A stretch of 64,000 nucleotides of DNA from NCBI GenBank assembly GCA_951406725.2, contig OX597815.1, positions 34,472,001-34,536,000 of the forward strand, read 5' to 3'. A program made the translations under genes and the position numbers. Below the pieces are notes generated by a model that was not told the origin of the DNA, ran no database searches, and saw only the letters and a program-made list of their open reading frames with translations. This DNA is from Octopus vulgaris (Eukaryota). Below are positions 39,414 through 51,883 of this stretch, piece by piece; the first letter of the stretch is position 1; each line of letters opens with the position of its first letter.

Positions 39414-41400
39414 ATGGCTACACTTAGAGTTGGTTGTGTAAATGTTCGGGGCCTGGGTTCGGCTCGGAAGCAAGATCCCCTGCTCAACAAACTCAGGTCT
39501 CTAAATTTTGATGTTACTGCAATTAGTGAGACGAGAAATGCTGGGAAACATGCTATTGCAACCATTTTCAAAGACTACGAGGTATTCTCATCTTGTAGTC
39601 TGTCGGGAGCGGGCGGCGGTGTAGCAGTGTTATTCCGAAATTCCTTAGGTCTCAAAGTAAGGTCAATCTTCTTGAACCTGGACGGTAAGTTGGTGGTCCT
39701 AGATGCGAATGGCGCTGGAGGTAATACCTTTAGATTGGTGACCATGTATTCTCTGACAGGGGCTGAGATTTCTTTAGGCATCTAGAAACATCCCTGAGAA
39801 CATCTCGCACTTTAGTACTAGTGTGGGAGGCCTGGAATAGTATTTTGGACGTGCGGAAGGACTGTGTGGATTTAGTTCATATAAGAAGGGAATGTAAAAA
39901 CCTCGAAAACCTGCTCAGACACTTCCAGCTTTCTGACAGGTATCGACTGGATTTCCCTAATGTCCCACTGTGGACATGGAGCAATCACAATGAGTCATCC
40001 AGATCGTATCTAGATAGAGTATTTGTTGGGTCTGCGGATGAGGATAGTATAGGGTGTCCACAATTCAAAATGGTCGTCTACACAGACCACAAATTTGTGA
40101 TCTGCACAATCGATTTACACAAGACGCGTAGAGAGGAACCCGGTAACTACCAAAGACTACAGGGACCGGATTAGCGAACTAGTTTAGCGGCAGTTGACAG
40201 GGGTAATCGTTAACAACCAGTGTTGGATAGCACTGAAGAAGACGATTAGAGCAGAATCAGTAGAGTTTAGCAAAGAGTTAGCAATAGAACAAAAAAAAAA
40301 CAGATTAGAAGGAGAACTATTTAGCAAACTTCAAGAAGTGATTAGTAAAGGCATCGAGACTGACGTGTTAATGGCAAGAATGTCTCTTGACCATTTCTTT
40401 GAGGCGAAACACGAAGGATGCGTTGTCAGAGCTAAGGCCCGTGCGCTAAAACATGAGGGAAATAAAGCCATCCGATGGACTCGAACAATGGAGACATCGC
40501 GTAGCAATAAAACCACGATCAGGTCTTTGACGGATCGGGATGAGTGTGTGCTACACGGTTATGAAGATGTATGCGGCTTTTCAGCAGCACTTCATGCAAC
40601 AGTTTTGAGGGGGCGATAGGTCAACGACGGTAGTGGACTTTAGTTCGTACCTAGATGGCCTGCCGCGGCTCTCGGCAGCGGATGCGAGTTTCTGCGAAAA
40701 GTCGATAACGGCAAGCGAAATACAAGAAGCGATGAGTGATCGCAAATGGCAAGGATTAGATGATCTGCGCTATGAATTATATATATTCATGCCAGATTTG
40801 TTTGGCGACCTCTTGGCAGAATTCTCAATGCTGTTAGTCGGGGTGTAGTGACACTGCTGAAAAAGGTCGCCGGCAGTGGGGACACACTAGGGAATTTTTG
40901 TCTCATTTCTCTGGTAAGCACAGAGTTTAAGATTTTGGCCAAGATGTTAGCAAAAAGGTTGCCGATTGTCGTTGGTAGTCTAGTATGAGAAGCATAAAGG
41001 TGTGCAATCTCGAACAGATCTATCCACGACAACCTCCATCATTTGCGTTACATCATAGAGAGGGATGGGACTGAAGCTAACTTCGGTGGGGCCTTAATCA
41101 ATTTGGATCAATCAAAGGCATTCGATATGGTCGAACATCGCTACCTGGAAGCCGTCCTTAAAGCGGCAGGTTTCGGACCCGTTTTCAGAAGATGGATCTC
41201 TGCTATGCACAGCGGCACATGCTCGGTAGTCAAAGTAATTGGTCATCTATCAGAACCGTTTAGCATCGCACGCTCGGTGTGTCAGTGTTGTCAGCTGTCA
41301 CCTCTTCTGTAGCTGCTGGCGTGCGAGCCACTGCTGCGGAAGCTGGAACAATTGAGGGGCAAATTTTCGAACTGGGACTCGAAAGAGCAACGAACGTCAG
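39414..41400 (+). mobile_element. L1/Tx1-like ORF2 (AP endonuclease + reverse transcriptase), frameshifted and 3'-truncated; possible ORF1 remnant at ~38810-39410
   Basis: MATLRVGCVNVRGL...AISETR (APE), SYLDRVFV, TDHK, ALINLDQSKAFDMVEHRYL, SVCQCCQLSPLL (~SVRQGCPLSPLL). Confidence 0.9.
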
Positions 41401-41532
41401 CGTCATGGAGCCAGATGCCTCCGAAAAGGAGACGGTTGGCTCCATTCTAGAATAATATGTGTTGTTGCAGGGGTTAAAATCATTGCCGAGTAGTCGGTGG
41501 GCTTGTTGTTGTTGTTGTTGTTGCTGTTGTTG

Positions 41533-41589
<57 letters not shown>

Positions 41590-41596
<7 letters not shown>

Positions 41597-42570
41597 CATC
41601 TACCAAAGATATTTGTGTCCTAATTTGGCTAATTTCAGCGTCAGTTAACCTTTTATGTTTAGTGATGTCTCTATGTACATTACTTGGTTTATTTGCATCT
41701 ATATATCTGCGTGCTTCATTGCCTACTAAGTTTCTCCATGGAATGTAAGTTTGTACTATGAGGTTATTGTTTAAGTTTGGTTGGGCTGTATAGAAAGCTT
41801 TCAACACATCTCTATAATCTTCTCTAATCCATTTTATGCATTTTGCTTTAGATGGTGTTTTTGGTGGTATTCCATATGGAGGTCTGGTGACATGAAATCT
41901 TCTCATATTTCAAAAGTCTTTCTCGGGATTCTTCCAGGATATAGGATGGTACTTTTCTGCAGTTTCAGTTTCAATGCTAGTTTAAGTTCCAGTCTATTTC
42001 AGTCTTTTAGGTAGCATTTTGGGTGTTGTGCCAAGTGCAACTATTGCTACAAGAATATCTGTCGTCGTGGCCTTTAACAGTCTATTTAGCTCGGTGGCTA
42101 TATCCTGGTTTCCTCAATTTGTTTTTCCATTTCTTTCGTATCGACTCTGCTATCATAGGGAATTTCAAAATCTATGATCTTGCACTGTTCGTTCATTTTG
42201 TTTTCTATAATTATGTTTGGTTTTCTTGTCTCTGTAGTGTGGTCAGTCTTTATAGCGAAGTCCCACAAGATCCCATAATTCTCATTTTCTACCACAGCCT
42301 CTGGTTCGTGTTCATACCAATTTACTGTTGTTTGGAAGTCATGTTAATCGACTAAGATCGCAATGTACTCTTTTGCCTAAACTTTCATGTCCGCACTTGT
42401 ACTCCTTTTTGTGTTACTATATTGCACTCACTCAAAATGTGATTGATACTCTCGTCTCCTTCCCTACAGACTCTACATTTGCTGTCTGACTGAGTTTTCT
42501 CGATCTTTTCCTTTATCAGATTTATTGTCAGAAGTTGTTCCTGAGCGCTATAATTAACATTTCTGTTTCT
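41590..42570 (-). mobile_element. R4/Dong-like element pieces: CCHC+REL 3' end (42570-41880) fused to an N-terminal segment (41880-41590)
   Basis: KCRVCREGDESINHILSEC, GILWDFAIKTDH...RKPNIII...IIDFEIPYDSRV, LQKSTILY; then KWIREDYRDVLKAFY...YIDANK.SNV.RDI.K.KRLTDAEI. Confidence 0.75.
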
Positions 42571-43945
42571 CGTTTATTATCATCATCAGCAGCAGCATCA
42601 CCTTTGTCACCATCATCGCCGTCGTCAATAACATCATTCAATTATAAATCTAAGCTGGGGAGATAGTAGCAGCCATTGTGAGCTAGATTTGGTTAAAGTT
42701 TGGAATATATTATCAGAAGATAGATGTCTTCGATGTGACATGACACAGATTCCATTATTCGTAACCCGAAGGTAAAATGTTGGAATTAGTTGAGGGAGGG
42801 GGAGAGGATAAACCACATGGAGAAAGAATGAAAGAAAGACCGTATTAAGAAATGTAATACACAAGAGAAGTAGAATAAAGAAAAGAAGACATGTGAAATG
42901 ATAAAAGAATTAAATGGCGGACATTTTATATAGAAAGAGAAATAAAACAAATAGAATATATATATATATATGTATATATAGTATAACGAAGTGGATGGAA
43001 GATGGAAGAAAAGAAGAAAGAGGAAGAAAAATAGCTTTATGTCTTATTGACACTGTGATATTTTCTGCCTCTCATTCTCGAAGATATCAACGATAACACA
43101 GAAAACTAATGATATAAATGCGAAAAAATTGGGGGGAAACGAACGAACGCAAAAAGAAAAAAAAGAGTTAAAGAGAGAAAATATGAAAGATAAGAAGAAA
43201 TGGAGAGAAAGAAAGGAAGAAATATAAAGAGAAAAAAGAACAGAGAAATGTAAGAAGAGACAAAGAAAACAGGGAAGAATATTATGAGTGACAGGAGTAA
43301 TGGTACGGAAACATAGCAAAAAAATTTTCGAAAAAAGTATTCATTTAACACATCCATTGATTTGAAGTCTATTTCCAAAAAAAAAAAATAATAATAATAA
43401 AAAGTAAAGGGATACATGATAAGAAAAGAATAATTTTGAAACGGGAAAAATTGTTTCAAACAATTTGAAAAACTGAATCTGAAAGCTGCTCTAGATTGTA
43501 TTCAAAAGAATTATAATTATTCAATGAAGAAGAAAGAAGTTTCAAAAACAAAAAAAAAAGTAGTGCATTTATTCGCTTTCTTTAGAAATGTTAGTTGTTA
43601 GTATTAAAATGTTTTAAAAGCGGATTTAATTTCGGAACTAGATGTATAAAACGGAACTAGATATCGGTAATCTTTTGAAATATGTGCGTACCTGTGTTGC
43701 TTATATGCCTGTGTCTGTGTATCATTTGCGCATATATAAATACATACATACATACGTATATATAGGCATGCATGCACACACACACACATGTATACATGTA
43801 TACATGTATGCATATGTGTATGTATATAAGTATGCATTTATCTATCTATCTACCTACCTACCTATCTATCCATGCATCCATCCATCCATCTATCCATTTA
43901 GATAGATAGATATGTACACACGTGTGTATATACATACAGATGTAC

Positions 43946-44032
<87 letters not shown>

Positions 44033-44173
44033 TATATATATACGTATGTATGTATTTATGCATATGTATATATATAAATAGATATATATGTGTATATATG
44101 TACATATATGTATATGTATGTATATATGTATATATATATATATATATATACATGTGTGTGTGTATGTGTGTGT

Positions 44174-44225
<52 letters not shown>

Positions 44226-44287
44226 ATGTATTATGTATGTATGTATGTATATGTATGTGAGTGTGTATATATATATAATAATGTGAA

Positions 44288-44660
44288 GTTGTAAGGTACC
44301 GCACGAGTGGAAATATATATGAAAGAAGGTTGAAAATACAATTTTAAAGATGTTTATTCACCTGACCGGTTTCACTTTTTTAGGAACAGAATGTCAAAAG
44401 TAAAATATAAAGCTTTGTTGTGTTAAGTACTCGTTGTCACACAAGTATTAAAATACATATATACATTCTTTGATAATAATAAGAAAATATTGAAAACAGT
44501 TTACAAGAAGGTATTTAAGAAAATATTAAACAAAAAGTATTCGGAGTTCAATAAAAATCATGTTTGTTTGGTAGTATATATATATACACAGAAGGAGATA
44601 CATTTAAGAGTTTACAAAGAATTCGAGAGGAACAAACCTGTCTTTTTGGCATTTTTGTAT
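44288..44660 (-). mobile_element. Probable Penelope-like LTR fragment (family 3), HHR 3' half GAAACCGGTC
   Basis: Shares AAGGTACCGCACGAGTGGAAATAT...AAAGATGTTTATTCAC with 47793-47870; sits in (TA)n. Confidence 0.4.
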
Positions 44661-44720
44661 GTGTGTGTGTACATATACTCACACAAATATATATGCACAA
44701 ATTCAATATATATATATATT

Positions 44721-44806
<86 letters not shown>

Positions 44807-44819
44807 TACATATACATAT

Positions 44820-45245
44820 AGGCGCAGGAGTGGCTGTTTGGTAAGTAGCTTGCTAACCAACCACATGGTTCCGGGTTCAGTCCCACTGCGTGGCATCTTG
44901 GGCACATGTCTTCTGCTATAGCCCCGGGCCGACCAATGCCTTGTGAGTGGATTTGGTAGACGGAAACTGAAAGAAGCCTGTCGTATATATGTATATATAT
45001 ATATATAAGTGTGTGTGAATATGTTTGTGTGTCTGTGTTTGTTCCCCTAGCATTGCTTGACAACCGATGCTGGTGTGTTTACGTCCCCGTAACTTAGCGG
45101 TTCGGCAAAAGAGACCGATAGAATAAGTACTGGGCTTACAAAGAATAAGTCCCGGGGTCGATTTGCTCGACTAAAGGCGGTGCTCCAGCATGGCCGCAGT
45201 CAAATGACTGAAACAAGTAAAAAGAGTAAAAAAGAGTAAAAAGAG
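44820..45245 (+). mobile_element. CORE-type tRNA SINE, full length
   Basis: Family match; (AAAAGAGT)3 tail. Confidence 0.9.
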
Positions 45246-45276
<31 letters not shown>

Positions 45277-45382
45277 ACACACACATGCATGTGTATTACA
45301 TAGACATACACCCGTACATGTGTGAGTGTGCATGTGTGTGTATGTACGTATTATGTATGTATATACGTATATATATATATAA

Positions 45383-45566
45383 TTAATGCAAACATGAACA
45401 AAGAGGAAACACAACAATGCGAAGACATGGAACAAATATACTGTTATTGGACGTTCAGGAAAGGAAAGAAAGAAGGGGGATTTAACGTTTCGAGCGGAGC
45501 TCGTCGTCAGAAACATAGAAAATGGAAAGGTCCAAGGAAGGGAAGACAGAGAATGAAAATCGCCAA
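45383..45566 (-). mobile_element. Penelope-like pseudo-LTR (family 1) with minimal hammerhead at 45481-45514
   Basis: Reverse complement GTTT-CTGACGA-C-GAGCTCCGCTC-GAAA-CGTT-AAAT; homologous to the 47961 and 48426 copies. Confidence 0.7.
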
Positions 45567-45568
45567 CG

Positions 45569-45614
<46 letters not shown>

Positions 45615-45960
45615 GACAAGTGGTATTTCAACATCGTTGTTTGTCGTCCGCTAAAGGTACCTCAGTCTCATGAATCTATGAAGAATATGTTGTTCCTGTT
45701 AATTATGACTTCAACCAACAAATGGTTTTCTGATTCGTGCTGATATCTGTCAACTGATAATACATCGTCATTTGTGCTAGAAAAAAGATGGGTTTGCCTA
45801 AACAACTTGATGGATGCTGCAGATACATGGATGATATATTTATACCTAATTGTGGTTTCTTTGAATTTTTACTCAGAAAAATATACACTTGTGAGCTTTA
45901 TACCCACCAGAAATGGTAATAATATAAGAAATATTAATTATTTAGATGTCAATCGAGTAA

Positions 45961-46473
45961 TCTATATATATAAAACTGTAGTTGTGTGAGTATCTGTCCC
46001 CTTCGATTTAGATTCGTAACTCCTCCCACATTTTGCGGTGCAGTTTAACCAAAACCGGGTATCTTATAGTCGTGATTCATATCGAGCCCGTCTGGCTATT
46101 AGCGCGCGTCTACGATGAGTCTATGATTTTAAAAATAATTTAACATAATTTTTTATTCCATTTTAATGCATAGTTTTTCGTGTGTCGATGGCGGCGGAGT
46201 TGGCGTCCATGGTCACACCTGCACCTGTTTGCTTCTCCCCCTTCTTCCCTCCCTCGTGAAGCTGTGGGGAAGGGAGTGTAAGGAAATCAACGTCGTAAAG
46301 CGTTGTCAAGGAGACCAGCGTTCTTTTAGAACAACGACTTCATGGCTTGAAGACACCAAAACAGAAATGGCTAAGAAAGCCCGAATTGGCATCTATAAGG
46401 GAAGTAACTCTCTAAAAATGCTTATATAGTTATTTCCCTTACAAACCCGAGCAACGCCGGGCGATACTGCTAG
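45961..46473 (+). mobile_element. Non-autonomous Helitron (family A, long variant)
   Basis: Related TC start and 5' region plus identical 3' hairpin and CTAG to the 4238 copy; different interior. Confidence 0.85.
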
Positions 46474-46479
46474 TTAAGA

Positions 46480-46803
46480 ATAAGAGTGGAATCTGTACTG
46501 ACATTTATAATAAAACAGTAAATTTTGATTTCCAAGTGGCTTCAATGCCATGGATCAGTAATAAAATTCCTCCTTTTATTGGCTATGATGTTTTTTGCAG
46601 GGCAAATTGTTAGATATAATACTATTATTAATAATGCTAATAAATTTTGGGAAAGAATAAAAAATCAGTTAAGACATTTAGTAAAACAATGGTATAAATA
46701 TGGTAAGTTGGTTAAAACTTTTAATCGCTGTTTAGGTAGGAAAATTGAAATTTTAAATAAATATGGGGTAATATCTAGTGTTCAGCTTAGCAATTATTTG
46801 TAA
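46480..46803 (+). mobile_element. Penelope-like (Naiad/Chlamys-type) RT C-terminal remnant, followed by an AT-rich putative 3' region to ~47760
   Basis: Frameshifted DIYNKTVNFDFQVASMPWISNKIPPFIGYDVF/AGQIVRY...LVKQWYKYGKLVKTF resembles the YDKRDDFNF.IVNFP.L.SNIP...YGV..SQL.RY motif. Confidence 0.6.
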
Positions 46804-47960
46804 GAATTTGAAGGTTTACGATTCATGTTATTTGCTTACTACGTCACCAATATTGAAACAATTGAGAAAGTGGTAATTACGCACTACGTCATCAATATTT
46901 AGTTTGCCATTTAAATTCTTGGTGAGGGAACCGCGTGTCTGATTAAACATGCGTTAATACTTATAGTTTTATTGTCTTTTAAACAGTTTACTTAGCTTTA
47001 AACATAGCAAGGTTTATGATAATAGTTTATTACAAGTAATTTTAAGGAAATTTAAGTGTATATTAGCCACTGCTAATTTTAGATTATAACTTGTAGTGGT
47101 GATATATTAATAAGTATGTAGTGTTTTATTATTAACTCCTGAATGATGAAACAATGTATTTCACTCATAAAAATATTCATTAAATTAATTTCATTTGTGC
47201 TTTGGTTTGGAAAAAAATTTAAGGCTTGAACTTTCGTTATACTGGTATCTATGGAAGACCGGTGGGATTATTATTTATATGGACTTAAAAATTGATCGCG
47301 ATTCAGCATATAATTTAGTTATTGCAGTTTACTATTTTATACCGATACAATGTACATTGGTTTATATGTCTATTTATTGTAGTTTTATTAGAGTTAGTGT
47401 TTAATATTGCCTCTATATTGATTGAAATAATGTGGTTATTAAACTTTTACTTTTATATTACACTACGGAAGACAATAGGGATTATAATTTTTGTATGACT
47501 TAATAAAGTTGTCGTTGTTTAGTTGCGTATTTATGTGCGGTTGTAATTTACTTACCGAATTTATTCATCGATAAATGTGTTTGATAGTTGTGGTTTCTTT
47601 GGTTTGTAACCAAACAACACTTATTTTAGTGCTTTTGACACCTCCGGGTTGAATGGTACTGCCCAGGTGTTGAAACCATAATATCTGTGGGGCAGCTGAT
47701 GACGTAGGTATGCTGGATTGTTGGTATGGCTGTGAAATAGTTTTATAACACATCCTTTTGCTATATATATATATATAGAAAAGTGAAATAGTAAAGGTAC
47801 CGCACGAATGGAAATATGTATGAAAGAAGGTTTGAAAATGCAATCTTAAAGATGCTTATTCACTTGAAACCGGTCAAGTGAATAAACATCTTTGCATTTT
47901 CAAACCTTCTTTCATATGTGTGTATATATATATATATATATGCTTATATATATATATATA

Positions 47961-48608
47961 TTGGCGATTTTCTTTCTCCGTCTTCCCTTCCTTGGACTTT
48001 TCCTTTTTCTATGTTTCTGACGAAGAGCTCCGCTCGAAATGTTAAATCCTCCTTCTTTCTTTCCTTTCCTGCGTGTCCCATAACACTATACTTGTTCCAC
48101 GTCCTCGCGTTGTTGTGTTTTCTCTTCGTGTTTTCATGTTTGGATTAACTATATATACCGCACGTTCACACGGATCCCGGCCTTCTGACTGACTTGGATA
48201 ACCAATTCCTGGATTTTTACGCCTGCGGATTACTGTTACCATTCATCCGGAGTACACCACTGTAATCATGATTGGAAATCATCAAAATATTTGTCCGTGG
48301 CTCTTCCACTTTTTCTCATCCTCTTTTTACCTTTCTTCTTCAACTTCCACTTTTCTCCTTTTGTCGCCACCATTTACACCTACACCCACATTAGGGTCAT
48401 TCAATATATGACCGCGTGTGTATCTTTGGCGATTTTCTTTCTCCGTCTTCCCTTCCTTGGACCTTTCCTTTTTCTATGTTTCTGACGAAGAGCTCCGCTC
48501 GAAACGTTATATCCTCCTTCTTTCTTTCCTTTCCTGAACGTCCAATAACACTGTACTTGTTCCATGTCCTCGCGTTGTTGTGTTTTCTCTTTGTTCATGT
48601 TTGGATTA

Positions 48609-48609
<1 letters not shown>
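47961..48609 (+). mobile_element. Direct-repeat pair of family-1 hammerhead pseudo-LTRs (47961-48148, 48426-48609) with a unique spacer
   Basis: Two ~185-bp repeats; CTGACGA at 48017 and 48482; flanked by (TA)n. Confidence 0.75.
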
Positions 48610-48701
<92 letters not shown>

Positions 48702-48714
48702 GAATGTATGTATG

Positions 48715-48748
<34 letters not shown>

Positions 48749-50399
48749 TGTATGTATATACACACATAAATTAAAGTAGTATGGAAACCGAATCTGTTTT
48801 AAATAATATATGAATATATATACACATATACACACATATACGCACATATGTATTTGTATGTAATGTGCATAACTGCATGCACACGTACAATAGCGCCAGT
48901 AGTGTCTTTTAATGGCTATAATCTTGAAATGACAGATTATCTTTATAATCCATGAAGAAATGATTTTTATGTGGACAAAAGCTGTTTATGTGTCATTATA
49001 ATCAGATTTGATTTGTTTATTCATTATTTTCTTGTGCTTCTTGTACGATTCTTTATTACGGATCACGAGCCAGAGAACAGATTCACTTAGGGAACTAAAT
49101 TAGCAAAGATGTTGCGCATGTAGTTAGAACTGTGTTTTTGGATTTTATAATGTCAGTGTTTCATCGAAGTTTCTTTAAAAATTTGGATAAGGTCTGTGGG
49201 GAATTAAGAGGAATGTAAATGCAATCAAATGTCATGCAATGCAAAGAGTTTTACTGATTGCCTTCACTGCACCACATACGGTTAACACTAAGAAAGTGGT
49301 TTGCAAAGGAAGTTGGCGGCAAAATTGAATCCATGCTGAGAACTGTAGATGTTCTGGATAATGAAAAGAAGAGAAAAGTAGTGTCATTTATAGAATAGAT
49401 TAACAAAGGCAAGTATGATGGTGTGATTGAGGAGATTAGTCGCTTCCAAGAGGGAAGTACGAACCAGATGAATTGTTGATCCAGAGAGTTAATGTGGTGG
49501 AAAACGTGGGAATTGATCTTGTAGAAGAATTTGTCAGGAAACATCAATGAAAAGAGATCGGCTGCATTTTCTCTTGATTCTGCTCTATCATAACTGTGAG
49601 ACTTCTGTAACTCGGCGGTGATACGTGTATGAGCTTGAAACACTTAATATAATAATTTCATGCGGTTTATTTCGGAAAATACGCTAGGGTCCACTGATTA
49701 TTCATAGTTTGGAATAATCACAACGCTATGAATACGTTAAAGGAGAAAGTTCCAGATAAAAAGAGAAAGATTTTTCAAAGTGACTTCGTGAGAGAATGAT
49801 AGACGAGATTTACGAAGCTGTTGATTTTGATAGTTATATTGCTTTAAGCCAACAAACAGCATTATTATAATACTCATGGATTTAATAAAATGGATACTGA
49901 CTGCCAATCTGTCATAAAATGTTGATACGAAACACGCCAAAAAATTTAAGCTCTAGAAATTTGAAATCCAAGGCAGAGTGTCCCGATAAAGTGTTTTTTC
50001 TGTTTGTTTGTTCGTTTTTCTTCTGGTTTTTTTTCTTGTTCTTGTTTTTTTTTTTTTTTTTTTGAAATACGCGATTTTCTATCTTGGCAGAATACAATTG
50101 AAATATATTATTAAGGAATTGCAAAGACAAACATAGTAAGCGGGTATGTCATGCAATGTCCTAACAAAACGAAACAAGAAAAAGGCCATCATAAACTGTT
50201 AGCTCGTCTATTTAATGGCTGTTTTCTTCATTTGATGACTACACAAGCTAATAAGTGGAAGCCCCATGATAATTCTCGTATTGTATACACACGAGTCCAA
50301 AACAACATTTTAAAAAATATTTACATTAATTTTTATATTTGTATAAATATAATTTTCTAGTACGTTTTAGTTTTTAATAACTTCATATTCTTCTTTATC

Positions 50400-50990
50400 A
50401 TGAACAGGAATTACAATTTAAGAAAAAGATCAAAGAGTAGCAATAGCTAAATATTATTATCAAAATAATAAGCAACCATAGAACTCAAACGCATCATTTG
50501 CTAGAAGAAGAATTTAATATTCGAGAGAGGTTCAAAGCTAAATATCACAAGTCTGATTAGAAAACTTGGAGAAAGCGGAAATGCGAATAATATTGTATGG
50601 TCAGTGAAGCCAAATTCAGTAACAGCACTAGAAAAGACAAGGGCTGTCGAGGAAGATTGTTAGACAAACAGAAGTTGCATTAGTCATCAGCGATGGGCGA
50701 TTGAGAGGAAATTTTGTGTACTTTGAGAGAAACTGAATCAAAGAAAAGCCAAATCACAATACACAATTATATATGTAAATAGACGGAGTTTGTAATTAGG
50801 AACTAGTTTCAGCAATTCCAAACCAAATCTAATCTTGAAAAATCAACAGACCACGACACAAATGAAAAGACTTGCGTGAAAAAGCACAAACGTAAAGCCA
50901 TACATATAATTGCAAGCATATTTATTAATCGCTGCTATGTCTGACCTATGAAAATTCTACGTTTTATAAATATTCTTATTTCTGTTTCCA
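50400..50990 (+). mobile_element. Decayed Tc1/mariner transposase N-terminus (DUF4817-like HTH)
   Basis: DQRVAIAKYYYQNN...NITSLIRKLGESGNAN...KPNSVTALEKTRAVEE, with stops and frameshifts. Confidence 0.5.
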
Positions 50991-51018
50991 ATCATAAATT
51001 TATAGATCTTCGAAATAT

Positions 51019-51400
51019 GAGCAGGCATGGCTGTGTGGTTAAGAAGCTCGCTTTGCAACTGCCTCGTCTTAGGTTCAATCTCTCTGCATGGCGCCTGGGG
51101 CAATTATCTTCTACTATAGCTCCGGGTCGACCAATTCCTTGAGGGTGAATTTGGTAGACGGAAACTGTGTTGAAACCTGTTCGCATATGTCCGTGTTTGT
51201 GTCTGTGTTTGACACCCGCCTCCACCATTCAAGAACCTGTTTTGGTTTGTTTCGTCCCTGTAACGAAAAATAAGTACCAGACTAAAAAAGAAAAAGAAAA
51301 AGAAAACAGAGTACTGAGGCCAATTTGTTCGACTAAAACCCTTCTGCAAGGTATCCCAAGATGGCCGACGTCCAATGATTGAAACAAGTAAAAGATAAAA
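51019..51400 (+). mobile_element. CORE-type tRNA SINE, diverged
   Basis: Family match, head to tail. Confidence 0.8.
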
Positions 51401-51687
51401 AGATATCGTTTTATTACGTTAAAAGAGTAACAACCGAATACATACAGTGATGAGTAGAAAAAATAAAATTTAGAGATATTACTGTTCTTCAAATTAAAAC
51501 AGCATCAGAAATTTATGCGTAAGACTTTCTTTTACATATATTTTAAACAAAGAAAATCAACGAATTATAATAAAAATGAAACAGACCCAAATAAAATACT
51601 GACGCGAAAGATATACTTCTCTTTCGATTGACACAAGGAGAATATTTGTAAAAGAGCAAAGTTTATTCAATGAGCTTTAGTATTACT

Positions 51688-51883
51688 TTCAAATTTTGGC
51701 ACAAGACCAGCAATTTCGGAGGAGGAGAAGAGTAAGTCAATTACATCGATTCCAGTGTACATCCCAAAACGATGAAGGGCAAAATCAACCTCGGCAGAAT
51801 TTGAACTCAGGACCTAGAGACGGACGAAATGCCGCTAAGTATTTTGCCCGGTGTGCTAACGATTCTGCCAGCTCGCCGCCTTA
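51688..51883 (-). mobile_element. Meta-domain SINE, short form
   Basis: GATTCTGCCAGCTCGCCGCCTT is the reverse complement of the family head. Confidence 0.8.

Noticed and set aside
46480-47560. AT/T-rich stretch that looks like a mitochondrial insertion (NUMT)
   Set aside because: No mitochondrial gene, tRNA or rRNA motif recognised; the 5' part translates to a Penelope-type RT C-terminus
47690-47750. Full hammerhead at CTGATGA...GAAA
   Set aside because: Stem I could not be formed convincingly; kept only as a note under the Naiad-like finding
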